Source of the DNA: a virus
Taxonomy: Duplodnaviria; Caudoviricetes
Length of the DNA stretch: 64,000 bases
Virus record (IMG/VR): IMGVR_UViG_3300049629_001293
Coordinates: 1 to 64,000 of that record
Reading direction: 5' to 3' (one strand)
The translations under genes were made by a program, and so were the position numbers. This document shows positions 51,238 to 61,028 of the stretch, piece by piece. The notes beneath the pieces are model-generated. The model saw nothing but the letters and a program-made list of their open reading frames with translations. It ran no database searches and was not told the origin of the DNA. The stretch's first letter is position 1. Each line of letters opens with the position of its first letter.

Positions 51238-52653
51238 TTAAATTTCTTCTACTTCGACATATATTGTGCCATCTTTTTTTGTGACATTCTTAACCTTATG
51301 TTTTGCACTTTTTGGTACAACAACTTCGGACACCCACTCATAACCCTCTGGGGTAAGGTTTTGAATAGATGCACCCGTTTTATTTATCGCCTTAAGCACA
51401 ACACGTTGTCCAGCATCACCGGCTCCTCTAAAACCAGCAAATTTTTCGGCAGTCTTGGGATCGGTAGTCCATGAAGCATGGGCACCTTGATTGTCTAATA
51501 CCCCATCTTTGTCCCCTTTTAGCCAATTCATAGCTTCATCTTCTGAATCAAAATTCATCCCCCTCTGTATCTCTCCCTTGTATGGGGTCGAATTTGCAAG
51601 ATATTTAGAAATTAAATTTGCTCCTACGTTTGGTCTATTTTCTTTTTGTGATCTTCTAATTGCTTCGGAATTATAAACCCACGATCTGACATATTTAACA
51701 GTCGCCTTAGCCTCGCCTTCTGTTATTTCAATTCCTTTCTTCCTGGCCATCTCATAGTATTCTTGTGGGTTTTTAGGTGTACTTTCATGAGTCCCATCAC
51801 CAATCAAATTTGTTGGCTCAGGCTTCTTGGTCTCTGGTTCAGGTTTTTTAGTTTCTTCCTTTGGTTTAGATGCTTCTTTCTTTGGTTTAGATGCTTCTTT
51901 CTCTGGAGATTGAGTGGAACTTGGCGCTGTCGTTTTTTGGGATTTTATGTAGTTAGCAACACCATCTTTTATTTTTGATAATTGAGTGCCACTAACCCCG
52001 GCTTTCGTTGCAGCTTCTTCTAGTTTAAGAACACTAACTCCTGCTTTCTTTGCCAAACCTTCTATCTGAGCAATGGAAAGAGTTTTTGCTTTTTCTTTCG
52101 TCTGTTTTTCTGCTGGTTTTTTCGTTTCAGCATTAGGATCTGTTTTAGCTGTTTTAGTTACTTCTGATGCCTTGGGTTTTTCTGTTACTTTGGTTGTTTT
52201 TGCATAATCCTTCCCTACTTCCTTTAATTTACTAAGCCTCTCCTGTGAATTACTATCTTCCGTGCTGGATTTGCAGTTATTCTTAATATTGATACAGGCT
52301 TTCCCACAATTATACGCTGTCGGTTTAACACACTGTGGCTTCTTATTACCTCCTATCCCCGCATCTACCCGATAGGAGTAGCCACTAGAGAATTCCTCCC
52401 AGTCATCTACGCTATCCATCCGTCCTGGGGTGTAAGGTTTAAAAGTGACTGATTGCCCTTTGATATTAAATGAAAAAATACGGGGACGGGTTGCATCCTT
52501 GAATTTGCCTTCAAACTCCCCTTGATCATTTACCGAAAAATCCAATATCACCACCGGAGCATTATAGGCAAATGGTTGAGACAGAGTTTGGGCGATCGCC
52601 AACTTCATCTGTGGCTCGGTTGGCGTGGCATCTTTTCTAGTCGTTGAACTCAT
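51238..52653 (-). CDS. array member: leader + Cys motif + ADP-ribosyltransferase-like domain
   Basis: FAYNAPV; Cys motif; YKGEIQRG / HASWTTD / VSEVVV (R-S-E pattern). Confidence 0.75.
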   Translation of the reverse strand: MSSTTRKDATPTEPQMKLAIAQTLSQPFAYNAPVVILDFSVNDQGEFEGKFKDATRPRIFSFNIKGQSVTFKPYTPGRMDSVDDWEEFSSGYSYRVDAGIGGNKKPQCVKPTAYNCGKACINIKNNCKSSTEDSNSQERLSKLKEVGKDYAKTTKVTEKPKASEVTKTAKTDPNAETKKPAEKQTKEKAKTLSIAQIEGLAKKAGVSVLKLEEAATKAGVSGTQLSKIKDGVANYIKSQKTTAPSSTQSPEKEASKPKKEASKPKEETKKPEPETKKPEPTNLIGDGTHESTPKNPQEYYEMARKKGIEITEGEAKATVKYVRSWVYNSEAIRRSQKENRPNVGANLISKYLANSTPYKGEIQRGMNFDSEDEAMNWLKGDKDGVLDNQGAHASWTTDPKTAEKFAGFRGAGDAGQRVVLKAINKTGASIQNLTPEGYEWVSEVVVPKSAKHKVKNVTKKDGTIYVEVEEI

Positions 52654-52664
52654 GGTTAAATCTC

Positions 52665-54614
52665 CTATACTTCCTCAGCTTCAACAATAATCCGTCCGTT
52701 TTCTTCCTTGACACTTTTAACTCGATGGCGAGTGTCTTTTAGCACCATAACTTCGTCTTCTTCTTTGATCCTGCTCAAATTCCTAATAGACACACCTGAT
52801 TTATTAATGGTTTTAATGACGACGGGATACCTTTTTTCCTCAATAAAGAAATCGTCCGAAAAATTCTTTGCTGTTTTAAGGCTAGATGACCAAGAGGCGT
52901 GAGCACCTTGATTATCTAGCACCCCATCCTTGTCGCCTTTAGTCCAGTTTAAAGCCTCCTCTTTGGTTGCAAAATGAATCCCTCGGTAAACTTCGCCTTC
53001 GTATGGGGTTGAGTTCCTGACATAATTAGAAATCCGATTGGCATCCTCGTTTTCTTCCCCTGCTTTTTGATCGACTCGGATGTCAGTGGCATCCCTTGTC
53101 CATTTATAGATGGCTGTAGTGGTGGCTGCTGCCTCCTTCTTAGAAATATTTACTCCTGCTTTTTCCAGTGCTTCACGATACTCATCGGGGGTTGAGGGCA
53201 TGGATTCGTGGTCGCCCTTCCCTACTAAATTAAGGTTTTTAGGTTTTTCTTCGGGTTGTTTAACCGCCTTTTCCTCGGATTCTTTTTGGGTTTTAGTTAT
53301 TTCTGGTGATGGTTCAGGCATTTTCTTTTCCTTGTTAGGAGAAACTTCTTCTGTCTCAACGATCAAAACACCATCTTCGTACACAACCTTTTTAACCCGA
53401 TGGCGAGTGTCTTTGATGACCACTACCTCATCTTCCGTATCAAAGGTGCTTAAATTTTTGATAGAGGCACCTGACTTATTAATTGTTTTGATAATGATAG
53501 GTTGTGATGTCTCATCGAACGCATTGTCAACAGCAAATTCTCTCGCTTTATCCCAATTAGAAGTCCAAGATGCGTGGGCATTTTGATTGTCCAATATTCC
53601 GTCTTTGTCTCCTTTTGCCCACTCCAGTGCTTCTTCTGTTGATTCAAGGGAGATACCTCGGTAGATTTCACCTTTGAATGGCGTTGAACTCTTGACGTAA
53701 TCAGTGATCCGGTCGGCAACGAGGCTGTATTTCCCTGCTTTTTGAGATTCTCTAATATAAGAGGCATCTTCTGTCCACTCTTTAACGGCTCCGGTAATCT
53801 TTATAGCATCGTCATAAGAGATGGGATTACCCGATGCTTTCATTGCTTCAAAGTACCCGTATGCGTCGCCAGGAACGGACTCATGATCCCCCTTCCCTAC
53901 TAAATTAAGAGGCTTGGGTTCGTTTTCAGGTTCTTTAAGGGTTTCTGTTTGATCTTCACTCTTTACAGCTATTTTAGCAGCTTTCTTCCCTTCTTCAAAG
54001 TCAGATTCTTTCCCTTTTTTGCTAGGGGGAATTTCCTTTATTGTTTCTGGGATTTTATCTATTTCTGGTGGTTTTTCTACCTCTTTCTTGGTTTTTGTAG
54101 TTGATTTAGGATTGGATTTCTTGGCTTCTTTAGCGTAATCAATACCAGCAGCTTTCAATTTCTCTAAACGATCCTTTGACTGAGCGTCATCGGGGTTTGA
54201 TTTACAATTATTATTAATATTTATACAGGCTTTCCCGCAATTATATGCGGTGGGTTTAACGCATTGGGGTTTCTTTTTGTCTCCTGCCTTGCCTTTTGCT
54301 TTAGCCGTTTTAGCCTTGGCATCAAAACGGAAGGAATAGCCTAATGAGAACTCCTCCCATTGTTCTACTGCATCGCCCGAATCCATCCGTCCTGGGGTAT
54401 AAGGTTTGAAGTTAACGGTATTTCCATCTAACTCAAAATCAAACACCCTCGGACGGGCAGAATCCTTAAATCTCCCAGATATTTTACCCGTGTCATCTAC
54501 CTTAAAGTCCAGCACGTCCACTGGGGCGTTATAGGCAAAAGGAAGAGCAAGAGTCTGGGCGATCGCTGCTTGCATTTGTACTTTTGTTGGGGCTGTTTTA
54601 GTCTCTATGCTCAT
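52665..54614 (-). CDS. array member: leader + Cys motif + two tandem ADP-ribosyltransferase-like domains
   Basis: IYRG/HASWTS/TEDEVVV and VYRG/HASWSS/EEDEVMV. Confidence 0.8.
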   Translation of the reverse strand: MSIETKTAPTKVQMQAAIAQTLALPFAYNAPVDVLDFKVDDTGKISGRFKDSARPRVFDFELDGNTVNFKPYTPGRMDSGDAVEQWEEFSLGYSFRFDAKAKTAKAKGKAGDKKKPQCVKPTAYNCGKACININNNCKSNPDDAQSKDRLEKLKAAGIDYAKEAKKSNPKSTTKTKKEVEKPPEIDKIPETIKEIPPSKKGKESDFEEGKKAAKIAVKSEDQTETLKEPENEPKPLNLVGKGDHESVPGDAYGYFEAMKASGNPISYDDAIKITGAVKEWTEDASYIRESQKAGKYSLVADRITDYVKSSTPFKGEIYRGISLESTEEALEWAKGDKDGILDNQNAHASWTSNWDKAREFAVDNAFDETSQPIIIKTINKSGASIKNLSTFDTEDEVVVIKDTRHRVKKVVYEDGVLIVETEEVSPNKEKKMPEPSPEITKTQKESEEKAVKQPEEKPKNLNLVGKGDHESMPSTPDEYREALEKAGVNISKKEAAATTTAIYKWTRDATDIRVDQKAGEENEDANRISNYVRNSTPYEGEVYRGIHFATKEEALNWTKGDKDGVLDNQGAHASWSSSLKTAKNFSDDFFIEEKRYPVVIKTINKSGVSIRNLSRIKEEDEVMVLKDTRHRVKSVKEENGRIIVEAEEV

Positions 54615-54715
54615 GTTTTTGCTCTTCCTTTTGCTTTAGAAGTATTTATACAAGAATTGCCGCAATCGCAAGAAGTGGGTTTAACACATTTAGGTTTTTC
54701 GCTTTTGACCCACAT
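54611..54715 (-). CDS. 34-aa Cys-motif-only mini ORF (below the ORF-track cutoff)
   Basis: MWVKSEKPKCVKPTSCDCGNSCINTSKAKGRAKT*; starts 1 nt after the upstream stop and overlaps the next start (ATGA). Confidence 0.6.
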   Translation of the reverse strand: MWVKSEKPKCVKPTSCDCGNSCINTSKAKGRAKT

Positions 54716-54716
54716 A

Positions 54717-56075
54717 CTATTTAGTTACTTGAGCAAAAGACCTCATTTTGCCCGCCGCGTTTTGGATTCCGTCGCCATATCTTTTATTGATATCAGAACC
54801 AGGAGGATATTCCCCTCTGCCTACGCCATTAAGAGTAAACAAATCATTCTCGTGTAAGTCAAGCATGGCTCTATTAAAATCACCCCGACCAACCTTATCC
54901 CCCATTGCGTCACGGATCTTGTATATAGGGACAAGACCTCCATGATTCCCTTCTTTGTCTATGTCTTTCAATAGTGTAGATATCTCTTTCTGTATTTCTT
55001 TTTGATCAGACATCTGCCCTGGTTTGCGCTTAAATTCTTGTTTTGCTTTTTCAATAGCTTTTGTGTCTTTTATAACAAAAGATTGACGATTCCTGTTGAA
55101 CATATCGGTAATTCCGTCCGAAGGATCAAATTGTCCGTCTGGATTCATATCCTCTTTTTTTAACGTTCCAGTTTCTAGTTCGATTCCCTCGTCATCTGTA
55201 CCTGCCTTTAGTGTCCATTTATCAAAGTCTTCTTTACTCACCCTGTCTTTTAATTCATGTCTCATTTGTGCTATGTTTACTCGATCTCCTTGTCCTAACT
55301 CAAACGCAACCCTAGCTGCTTCTTTGACAATCTCCTTTTTAAAGGTGTCATAATCCTTTATTGGTTCGTCACTATAAAAGGGATTTGCCTTGGATTTAGG
55401 ACTAGATTTAGCTTTGGGTTTAACTTCGGGCTTTGGCTCGATCTTGGCTTCTGGTTCTGCCGTTTTCTTTGTTGCCAATTTTTGACCAGTAGGCTTTTTA
55501 CTCTCTGCTTTAGGCTTGGTTTGGGGCTTTTCTACAGTCGTTTTTGCTGTTTTCGCGTAATCTTTCCCAATTCCTTCTAACTTTTTAAGCCTGTCTTTTA
55601 TTGTGGGATCATTGGTTTTGATTTTGCAGGTTTTCATGATGTTGATGCAAGCTGCACCACAATTGTAAGCTGTCGGCTTAACGCATTGAGGCTTTTTTTT
55701 GCCACCTACTCCCGCATCAACACGGAAGCCATACCCTGCTGAAAATGCCTCCCATTCTTGGACATCTTCCTCTGATTCTAAGCTGTCCATTTTGCCAGGT
55801 TTATAAGGCTTATAGGCTACGGACTCCCCATCTAGGGTAAAGGAAAACACCCGTGGACGTGCCGCATCTTTAAATACTCCGGTAATATTGCCATTCTCGG
55901 CAACATCAAATTTAAGCACAACAACTGGGGCGTTATAAACAAAATCCATTGACAAGGTTTGGGCAATAAGTAACCTCATTTGAGCTTCGGTTGGTGCAGT
56001 ACCTCCGCCACCATCCCCAACTAATACTTCATCTTCGTCAACACGGAACAAAGAACTTGGTTTTGTTTTTAACAT
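54717..56075 (-). CDS. array member: leader + Cys motif + duplicated unknown (possibly winged-helix) domain
   Basis: FVYNAPV; Cys motif; V.I..[MI]R....D[RK]V...DF repeated twice. Confidence 0.75.
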   Translation of the reverse strand: MLKTKPSSLFRVDEDEVLVGDGGGGTAPTEAQMRLLIAQTLSMDFVYNAPVVVLKFDVAENGNITGVFKDAARPRVFSFTLDGESVAYKPYKPGKMDSLESEEDVQEWEAFSAGYGFRVDAGVGGKKKPQCVKPTAYNCGAACINIMKTCKIKTNDPTIKDRLKKLEGIGKDYAKTAKTTVEKPQTKPKAESKKPTGQKLATKKTAEPEAKIEPKPEVKPKAKSSPKSKANPFYSDEPIKDYDTFKKEIVKEAARVAFELGQGDRVNIAQMRHELKDRVSKEDFDKWTLKAGTDDEGIELETGTLKKEDMNPDGQFDPSDGITDMFNRNRQSFVIKDTKAIEKAKQEFKRKPGQMSDQKEIQKEISTLLKDIDKEGNHGGLVPIYKIRDAMGDKVGRGDFNRAMLDLHENDLFTLNGVGRGEYPPGSDINKRYGDGIQNAAGKMRSFAQVTK

Positions 56076-56096
56076 GATTTTACCTTTTATAAATAG

Positions 56097-56166
56097 AAAC
56101 CTTGTGAGTTAATCACAAGTAAAAACCTTGTGAGTCAATCACAAGTAAAAACCTTGTGAGCTAATC
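56097..56166. repeat. 26-bp tandem repeat (~2.7 units) with internal palindrome
   Basis: AAACCTTGTGAGTYAATCACAAGTAA; CTTGTGA/TCACAAG stem. Confidence 0.85.
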
Positions 56167-56558
56167 TTCTCAACTAACTCCATGTCCCACGTTACGATAT
56201 TTTTAGTTAGTGAGACTAAGTTACAAACAACTCCATCGGGAGGGTAAAATGTGGTGTCTGCTCCGACAATATAGTCAACCCCCTCACCCTTCAATTGTTC
56301 TTCTAAATAACGCCGTGAAATCCCTTTGACGGAATAGGATTTAGTTATTCCCTCCACTGAGCTTAGATTTTCAATCCCTTCCTTACTTGGGAATTGATCT
56401 TGAATAACCGGAGATGGGGTAATCTCCAGATACTCGTAATCATTGCCCAATCTTGTGCGAACGACAAGGCTTCGAATATTGGGATTGCCAAATCCCCCCG
56501 CGAGAGGGGAGATCCGGTCTCTTAGGGCTATCATTTGCTCAACAAAGGATTGACTCAT
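56139..56558 (-). CDS. putative head-tail joining/neck protein
   Basis: Position downstream of the adaptor gene in the virion operon. Confidence 0.5.
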   Translation of the reverse strand: MSQSFVEQMIALRDRISPLAGGFGNPNIRSLVVRTRLGNDYEYLEITPSPVIQDQFPSKEGIENLSSVEGITKSYSVKGISRRYLEEQLKGEGVDYIVGADTTFYPPDGVVCNLVSLTKNIVTWDMELVEKISSQGFYL

Positions 56559-56736
56559 TTCTTCTCTTTGGGAGTATAAGCAGCCTGTGGGTGGTCTGGC
56601 TTGTCTAACTTCTTATTGATTTCCTGTAACTCAACATAAATTGCTGCCATTGCTTGCAGTTCTGGCGAGGCGGGAGCCGCTATTCCAGCAGAAGTAACTC
56701 GACCATTATCAACGGTGAAATCAGGGAACTGTACTT

Positions 56737-57072
56737 TCATAAAACTAAAATAGGGGGAGTGAAGATAGTATTGCGGAGGTGGATATATTGCCTCCCGTAA
56801 GTTGTCAAAGACCAATCGTTCTCGGAGCCAGAAGGGGTAGAACTTCCTGGCCCGGATGCGATTCCCGTGACACTAGAGGCAATATCCGCCTGTTGAAACC
56901 AATCAATGCTGATTCGATGGGCAGCAATCAACATAATTCCATCCGTTCTCTTGGGATCAGCCCAACCAGCACAGTAATTATTCTCGGCAAAGTTTAAACT
57001 GTATTGAATCACAGAAGATTCGACTACAGCGAACTGAGGATAAACCGCTAAAAAATCGGAAGGGAGAACCAT
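56737..57072 (-). CDS. DUF4054 head-tail adaptor
   Basis: F...YPQF, L.AAH, W.LT.YGRQY. Confidence 0.75.
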   Translation of the reverse strand: MVLPSDFLAVYPQFAVVESSVIQYSLNFAENNYCAGWADPKRTDGIMLIAAHRISIDWFQQADIASSVTGIASGPGSSTPSGSENDWSLTTYGRQYIHLRNTIFTPPILVL

Positions 57073-57075
57073 TTA

Positions 57076-57555
57076 TTACCCACGGATGTTCATAGTATTA
57101 ACCGATTTGATATTCTTGACTTGCTCCGCTATTGCCTTAGAAATAGCGGGACGATCTTCTCTTTTCTCGGATCGTTCTAGCCAATCAATATCACTAGAAT
57201 TGCGAATTAGATCTAGGGCATCTTTTTCAATATAATCAAGGGTTGTTTCAGTAGGAAACTTCCCTTCCTCTAGGGTGGGAGAGATTACTCTGAATGCTCC
57301 GCAATTAACAAGTTGCAATCCGAGGGGATGCCGAACAATATAGTCATAGTCCTCGTCGGGAAGCTCCAAATTAGTCCCAGGCAGAATCCAACTCCCCCGT
57401 GTTTCCACCGCATCCAACGAGGTTTTTTTGGTTCCCCCACGAGTAATAGGACGGGAGAAACGGATCGGCGAAGTGATAGCCTCCACTGATATTCCATAGG
57501 GAATGCGTGGATTATGAGGATTTAGCTTTGGGTCAAAGATGATAGTTTTAGACAT
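57076..57555 (-). CDS. hypothetical virion-module protein
   Basis: Directly after the major capsid gene; C-terminal E.R..I..AI helix. Confidence 0.6.
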   Translation of the reverse strand: MSKTIIFDPKLNPHNPRIPYGISVEAITSPIRFSRPITRGGTKKTSLDAVETRGSWILPGTNLELPDEDYDYIVRHPLGLQLVNCGAFRVISPTLEEGKFPTETTLDYIEKDALDLIRNSSDIDWLERSEKREDRPAISKAIAEQVKNIKSVNTMNIRG

Positions 57556-57557
57556 TT

Positions 57558-58511
57558 TTATTCGGGTAATACTACAATGTGCATGGAGAATGGGCGTTTG
57601 AGGTCAATTCCCCCAAACTTAAACTTGGCACCACGCCAGAAAGAATCAACACCAATGGGACGAGTATCAGTCCACTTTAATGGTTGATAAATCTTAGCAG
57701 AGACTTTTTTGGGATCTCGACGGAAAGCCTGAATAAAGCGGGTAGGAGCCAAACCAATCGACTCTAAATATTCGGGAGCCATCTCGGACACCACACCGAC
57801 TTCTTTGATGTTGGAGTTGACTTTTAAGAAGTGTTCTAACACCGTGCGATCTAAGGCAGATGTACCAATTTGAATGATATCCGAGGAGAGGTGTTCGTAA
57901 GTTTCCGAATCCATCAGCAAAGTGTCAGGCTTCTCTCGGTTATTGGTCAACCGAGTCGGGGCATTCACACAATCATTCAACACACTCAGCTTTTGTTGAG
58001 ATGTTGCAGACCCGTTTAAAGGGAAGGGAGCATAAGACCGCAGGGCTTGGGGGTGATTCAAAAAACCTGGCATCCCTGTTTCTAAATCTCCGTTTGCCAC
58101 CAACTGATTGATTTTTTGTTGTGCGGCTTCTTGAATTGTCCAGATTTTGTCCTCCTCAATGCTCTCGCCCATTCGACTGACAGCCGCGATATCATCCTCG
58201 GAAACGCTATAACCTTGTCCCCATTTATGGATCGGCATCTTCATCTCGCCATAGACCAGTTCCACTTCGGGAAGGTCTGTGGTGTAGTTTCGGATTAATT
58301 TGAACTGCCCGACGTGACGGAGCCACCGATATCCCCAGGTTTTTGCCCAGGGCTTGTTTTGGATGTTGAGAGGGCAAATGACTCCAGCAGCGAAAGGATA
58401 GTCCGCAAGATCGAACTCCTTATCTACTTGAGCTTCTAAGTCCATCAGGGTGCCAAAGAACGTCCCGATTTCATCAGCATCCAACCTTGTAGTCCCGGAA
58501 AAGTTCATCAT
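57558..58511 (-). CDS. major capsid protein (DUF2184 family)
   Basis: RLDA N-terminus, G.FK.I.NY..DLP, GD...G..G.LNHP, PDTLL, GG....P; follows the DUF2213 and decoration genes. Confidence 0.85.
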   Translation of the reverse strand: MMNFSGTTRLDADEIGTFFGTLMDLEAQVDKEFDLADYPFAAGVICPLNIQNKPWAKTWGYRWLRHVGQFKLIRNYTTDLPEVELVYGEMKMPIHKWGQGYSVSEDDIAAVSRMGESIEEDKIWTIQEAAQQKINQLVANGDLETGMPGFLNHPQALRSYAPFPLNGSATSQQKLSVLNDCVNAPTRLTNNREKPDTLLMDSETYEHLSSDIIQIGTSALDRTVLEHFLKVNSNIKEVGVVSEMAPEYLESIGLAPTRFIQAFRRDPKKVSAKIYQPLKWTDTRPIGVDSFWRGAKFKFGGIDLKRPFSMHIVVLPE

Positions 58512-58530
58512 AGTTTAAGTTCTTTCTATA

Positions 58531-59361
58531 TTAAGGAACATTGAAGCCGATTAAAACGCACACCGCGCCAGTGCTAGTGACCACAGGGGAACATTTGAAC
58601 TCAGCCTTCGCGGAGATATTAATTGTACCACTTGTCACTTTTGTTGCTTTCCCCTCGTGTCCCGCAGCAACAGAGACGTAGACGGCATCATTGATTGTGA
58701 TATCCGTCTCAACACATTCAACCCAGATCCCTGACGATTCCCCTGTCCGGTCAACCACGTCCATCACATCCTGATAGGGGTAAGTTGTCCCACTATAGTT
58801 TGCACCTTGATAAATCAAAGGTTGCATTTCGATGTCTTTGACGATTCGAGTAATCCCTAAGATTACGTCAGTGGTAGCAGTAGGAAGTCCTGCAACTTTG
58901 GGGTCGGTTTCGGTGTTTGCTCTGGCAACAAACCGACCGAATGGTACGGGGAGAGGAATAATCATCGCCGTGGTTACAGTTGCCGTTAAACTAGCACCAG
59001 TAACTACCAGGATGTTCTCGATACCATATTCCAGTGCCGTGAATAGCACGTTATTCCCACTAACACTTGCAATCCCCCGTCGCCCAAAAGCAGGGTTTAC
59101 TCGGATTGCATTCAATAAACCAGCTTGCAGTTCCGCTTGAGTGGCACTAGCATCGGTTGTAAAACGTGCCGTGCCTAGTCCGTTGTTTAACCTGACGGTA
59201 TATACAGTGCTAGAAGCAGGGGAGGCAGGAATCGCCAGAGTCCAGACCTCTTTAACAGCATTCTTTATAGAAACAAGGGCTTTGACTCTCGGAAAATTAA
59301 TAGATCCCTCGCCCATGCCAGGAGTCGCCCGATCAAATTGAAGATTGTAGTTGTACCGCAT
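58531..59361 (-). CDS. capsid decoration/cement protein
   Basis: PFGRFV, ILGI, G.IWV, D.VYV; located between scaffold and capsid. Confidence 0.7.
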   Translation of the reverse strand: MRYNYNLQFDRATPGMGEGSINFPRVKALVSIKNAVKEVWTLAIPASPASSTVYTVRLNNGLGTARFTTDASATQAELQAGLLNAIRVNPAFGRRGIASVSGNNVLFTALEYGIENILVVTGASLTATVTTAMIIPLPVPFGRFVARANTETDPKVAGLPTATTDVILGITRIVKDIEMQPLIYQGANYSGTTYPYQDVMDVVDRTGESSGIWVECVETDITINDAVYVSVAAGHEGKATKVTSGTINISAKAEFKCSPVVTSTGAVCVLIGFNVP

Positions 59362-60896
59362 TATCTAGTAACCCCCATGCGTGTTTTTCCTATCGTTAAA
59401 GGCTGCTTATAGGCGTGCACCCGTCGTCTTTCCCCTTCGGTGAGTTCATCTCCGTAGGTAGATTGAGCAGGTCTTTTGAGCATCGAATCAAGGCGATGGG
59501 AGAACTCCTCTGAGTCTCCATCGTCTCCATCGTCTCTATCTTCTTCCTCCTCGTCATCCCCTTCTTCTTTATCACCTGGATCGGTGGGGGAAGAATCGTA
59601 ATTCTCCTGAACGTAGGCAAAAACCCCGTCTACATAAGAATCGGATCGGAACGTCAAGTCCATATTGGGTTCGATTTCAGCTAACAAAGTGCGTTTGATG
59701 TCGCTAGTAGAGAAGCTACTATCAAACCGAGCGTCAGAGAACCCTGGCAACAAACTGTCGGCTTCCTTCCATATCGCCAAAAGATCCCCGACCGAATCAC
59801 CCCGACAAGCACTCTCATCTTCGTCGTTGCTATCAACACGAGGCTTGGACTTTTTTTTCTTTTTGGAAGTCGTAGTTTCTTCTTCCTCTGCAACATCCCA
59901 TTCTTCCATCATTTCTTCTTCTTCATTGTCCTCCTCTTCCATCATTTCTTCATCTTCGGGAACGGGAGGCATCATTTTCTTTTTGCCTCCATCAACGCGG
60001 ACGTACTGCCCCATGTCATTCCGGTAATAACCTAATTCACCAAGGACATTATCGGCATTGTCTACGATGATCTCTAGGTTATCTAACCGGAACTGGTAAT
60101 TTTCCCGTGCGGCTTCTAGCTTCCGGTTCTCCCGACTCGTAGTATCAAACCGTGTAACAAGCGAATCGTGGCGTTCCTTTAATTCTTTCAATTCACGGAA
60201 TCGAGTACCGCTAATGGAAGCGAAAGATTCAGGGATTCCTGAATACTCAACTCCATCGCATCTAACTATTGCCATACGCTGTTCATTATCTCCATTATCA
60301 TTGGTTTTGTTAGGGTTACTAGGGTTTTCGATGACTTGCCCTGCGACAGCTTGTCCAATCCCCGCAGCACTATCTAATCGGAGGCGAACATCTCCCCCTG
60401 CCCTTCCTCGGCTCGTCAAAGCCAAATGGTTGGCACGGACATTAATCTGTTCCCTGTCATAGTGTTGCCCATTCCACACCCCTTCCCCTTGCTTGATGTC
60501 GCAGGTATATCCAGCAGATAGTTGTTCCTTTTCCCTTGCATCAATTAGGGCGATCGCCTTAGCATCAAAAAACGACACCAAGCCTTTGATCACCCCTTCA
60601 GTCTTGTCATAATAAGCAGAAGAATCAGTCATCCCTACCGTGTAATCCTTGTAGCTTTCGCTATTAAGAAGTCCAACATAGGGATGTTCTATCACCAGGG
60701 GGAGGAGTTTGAAACTCTCTACTGTGGCCAGTTCTGCATTGGTTTCCGGTCTCCTGAGTTCGTGGACTATGGAGCCATCAGGCTGACGATACTCCAACAC
60801 CCCGTCACAACAAAAAGACCCCTCACAATGGAGACGACCATCCTCAGTTCTTATTACCCTAAATTTAGTTGGAGCATCGAGCCTGATTTCAACCAT
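59361..60896 (-). CDS. DUF2213 prohead protease/scaffold
   Basis: T.DG.L, GVLEY, P...EHP, QLSAGY.CD, NHLAL..RGRAG...RLD; acidic scaffold C-terminus. Confidence 0.88.
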   Translation of the reverse strand: MVEIRLDAPTKFRVIRTEDGRLHCEGSFCCDGVLEYRQPDGSIVHELRRPETNAELATVESFKLLPLVIEHPYVGLLNSESYKDYTVGMTDSSAYYDKTEGVIKGLVSFFDAKAIALIDAREKEQLSAGYTCDIKQGEGVWNGQHYDREQINVRANHLALTSRGRAGGDVRLRLDSAAGIGQAVAGQVIENPSNPNKTNDNGDNEQRMAIVRCDGVEYSGIPESFASISGTRFRELKELKERHDSLVTRFDTTSRENRKLEAARENYQFRLDNLEIIVDNADNVLGELGYYRNDMGQYVRVDGGKKKMMPPVPEDEEMMEEEDNEEEEMMEEWDVAEEEETTTSKKKKKSKPRVDSNDEDESACRGDSVGDLLAIWKEADSLLPGFSDARFDSSFSTSDIKRTLLAEIEPNMDLTFRSDSYVDGVFAYVQENYDSSPTDPGDKEEGDDEEEEDRDDGDDGDSEEFSHRLDSMLKRPAQSTYGDELTEGERRRVHAYKQPLTIGKTRMGVTR

Positions 60897-61028
60897 TTCT
60901 CAATACAAAAAACAAATAATTCTTTTTAAAGAATAACGCACCCTATCAGTCATTTAAAGAGGGTGCAAAAAAATAATTTCTATACAAGAAAATAGACTAA
61001 AATTAAATCAATGATTTAGATATAAATA

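Noticed and set aside
46990-56075. Diversity-generating retroelement driving the array
   Set aside because: No reverse transcriptase and no adenine-specific TR/VR pair in the window; the variation is whole-domain swapping
41487-60462. Many plus-strand ORFs opposite the virion genes
   Set aside because: Antisense shadows of long minus-strand genes; no motifs
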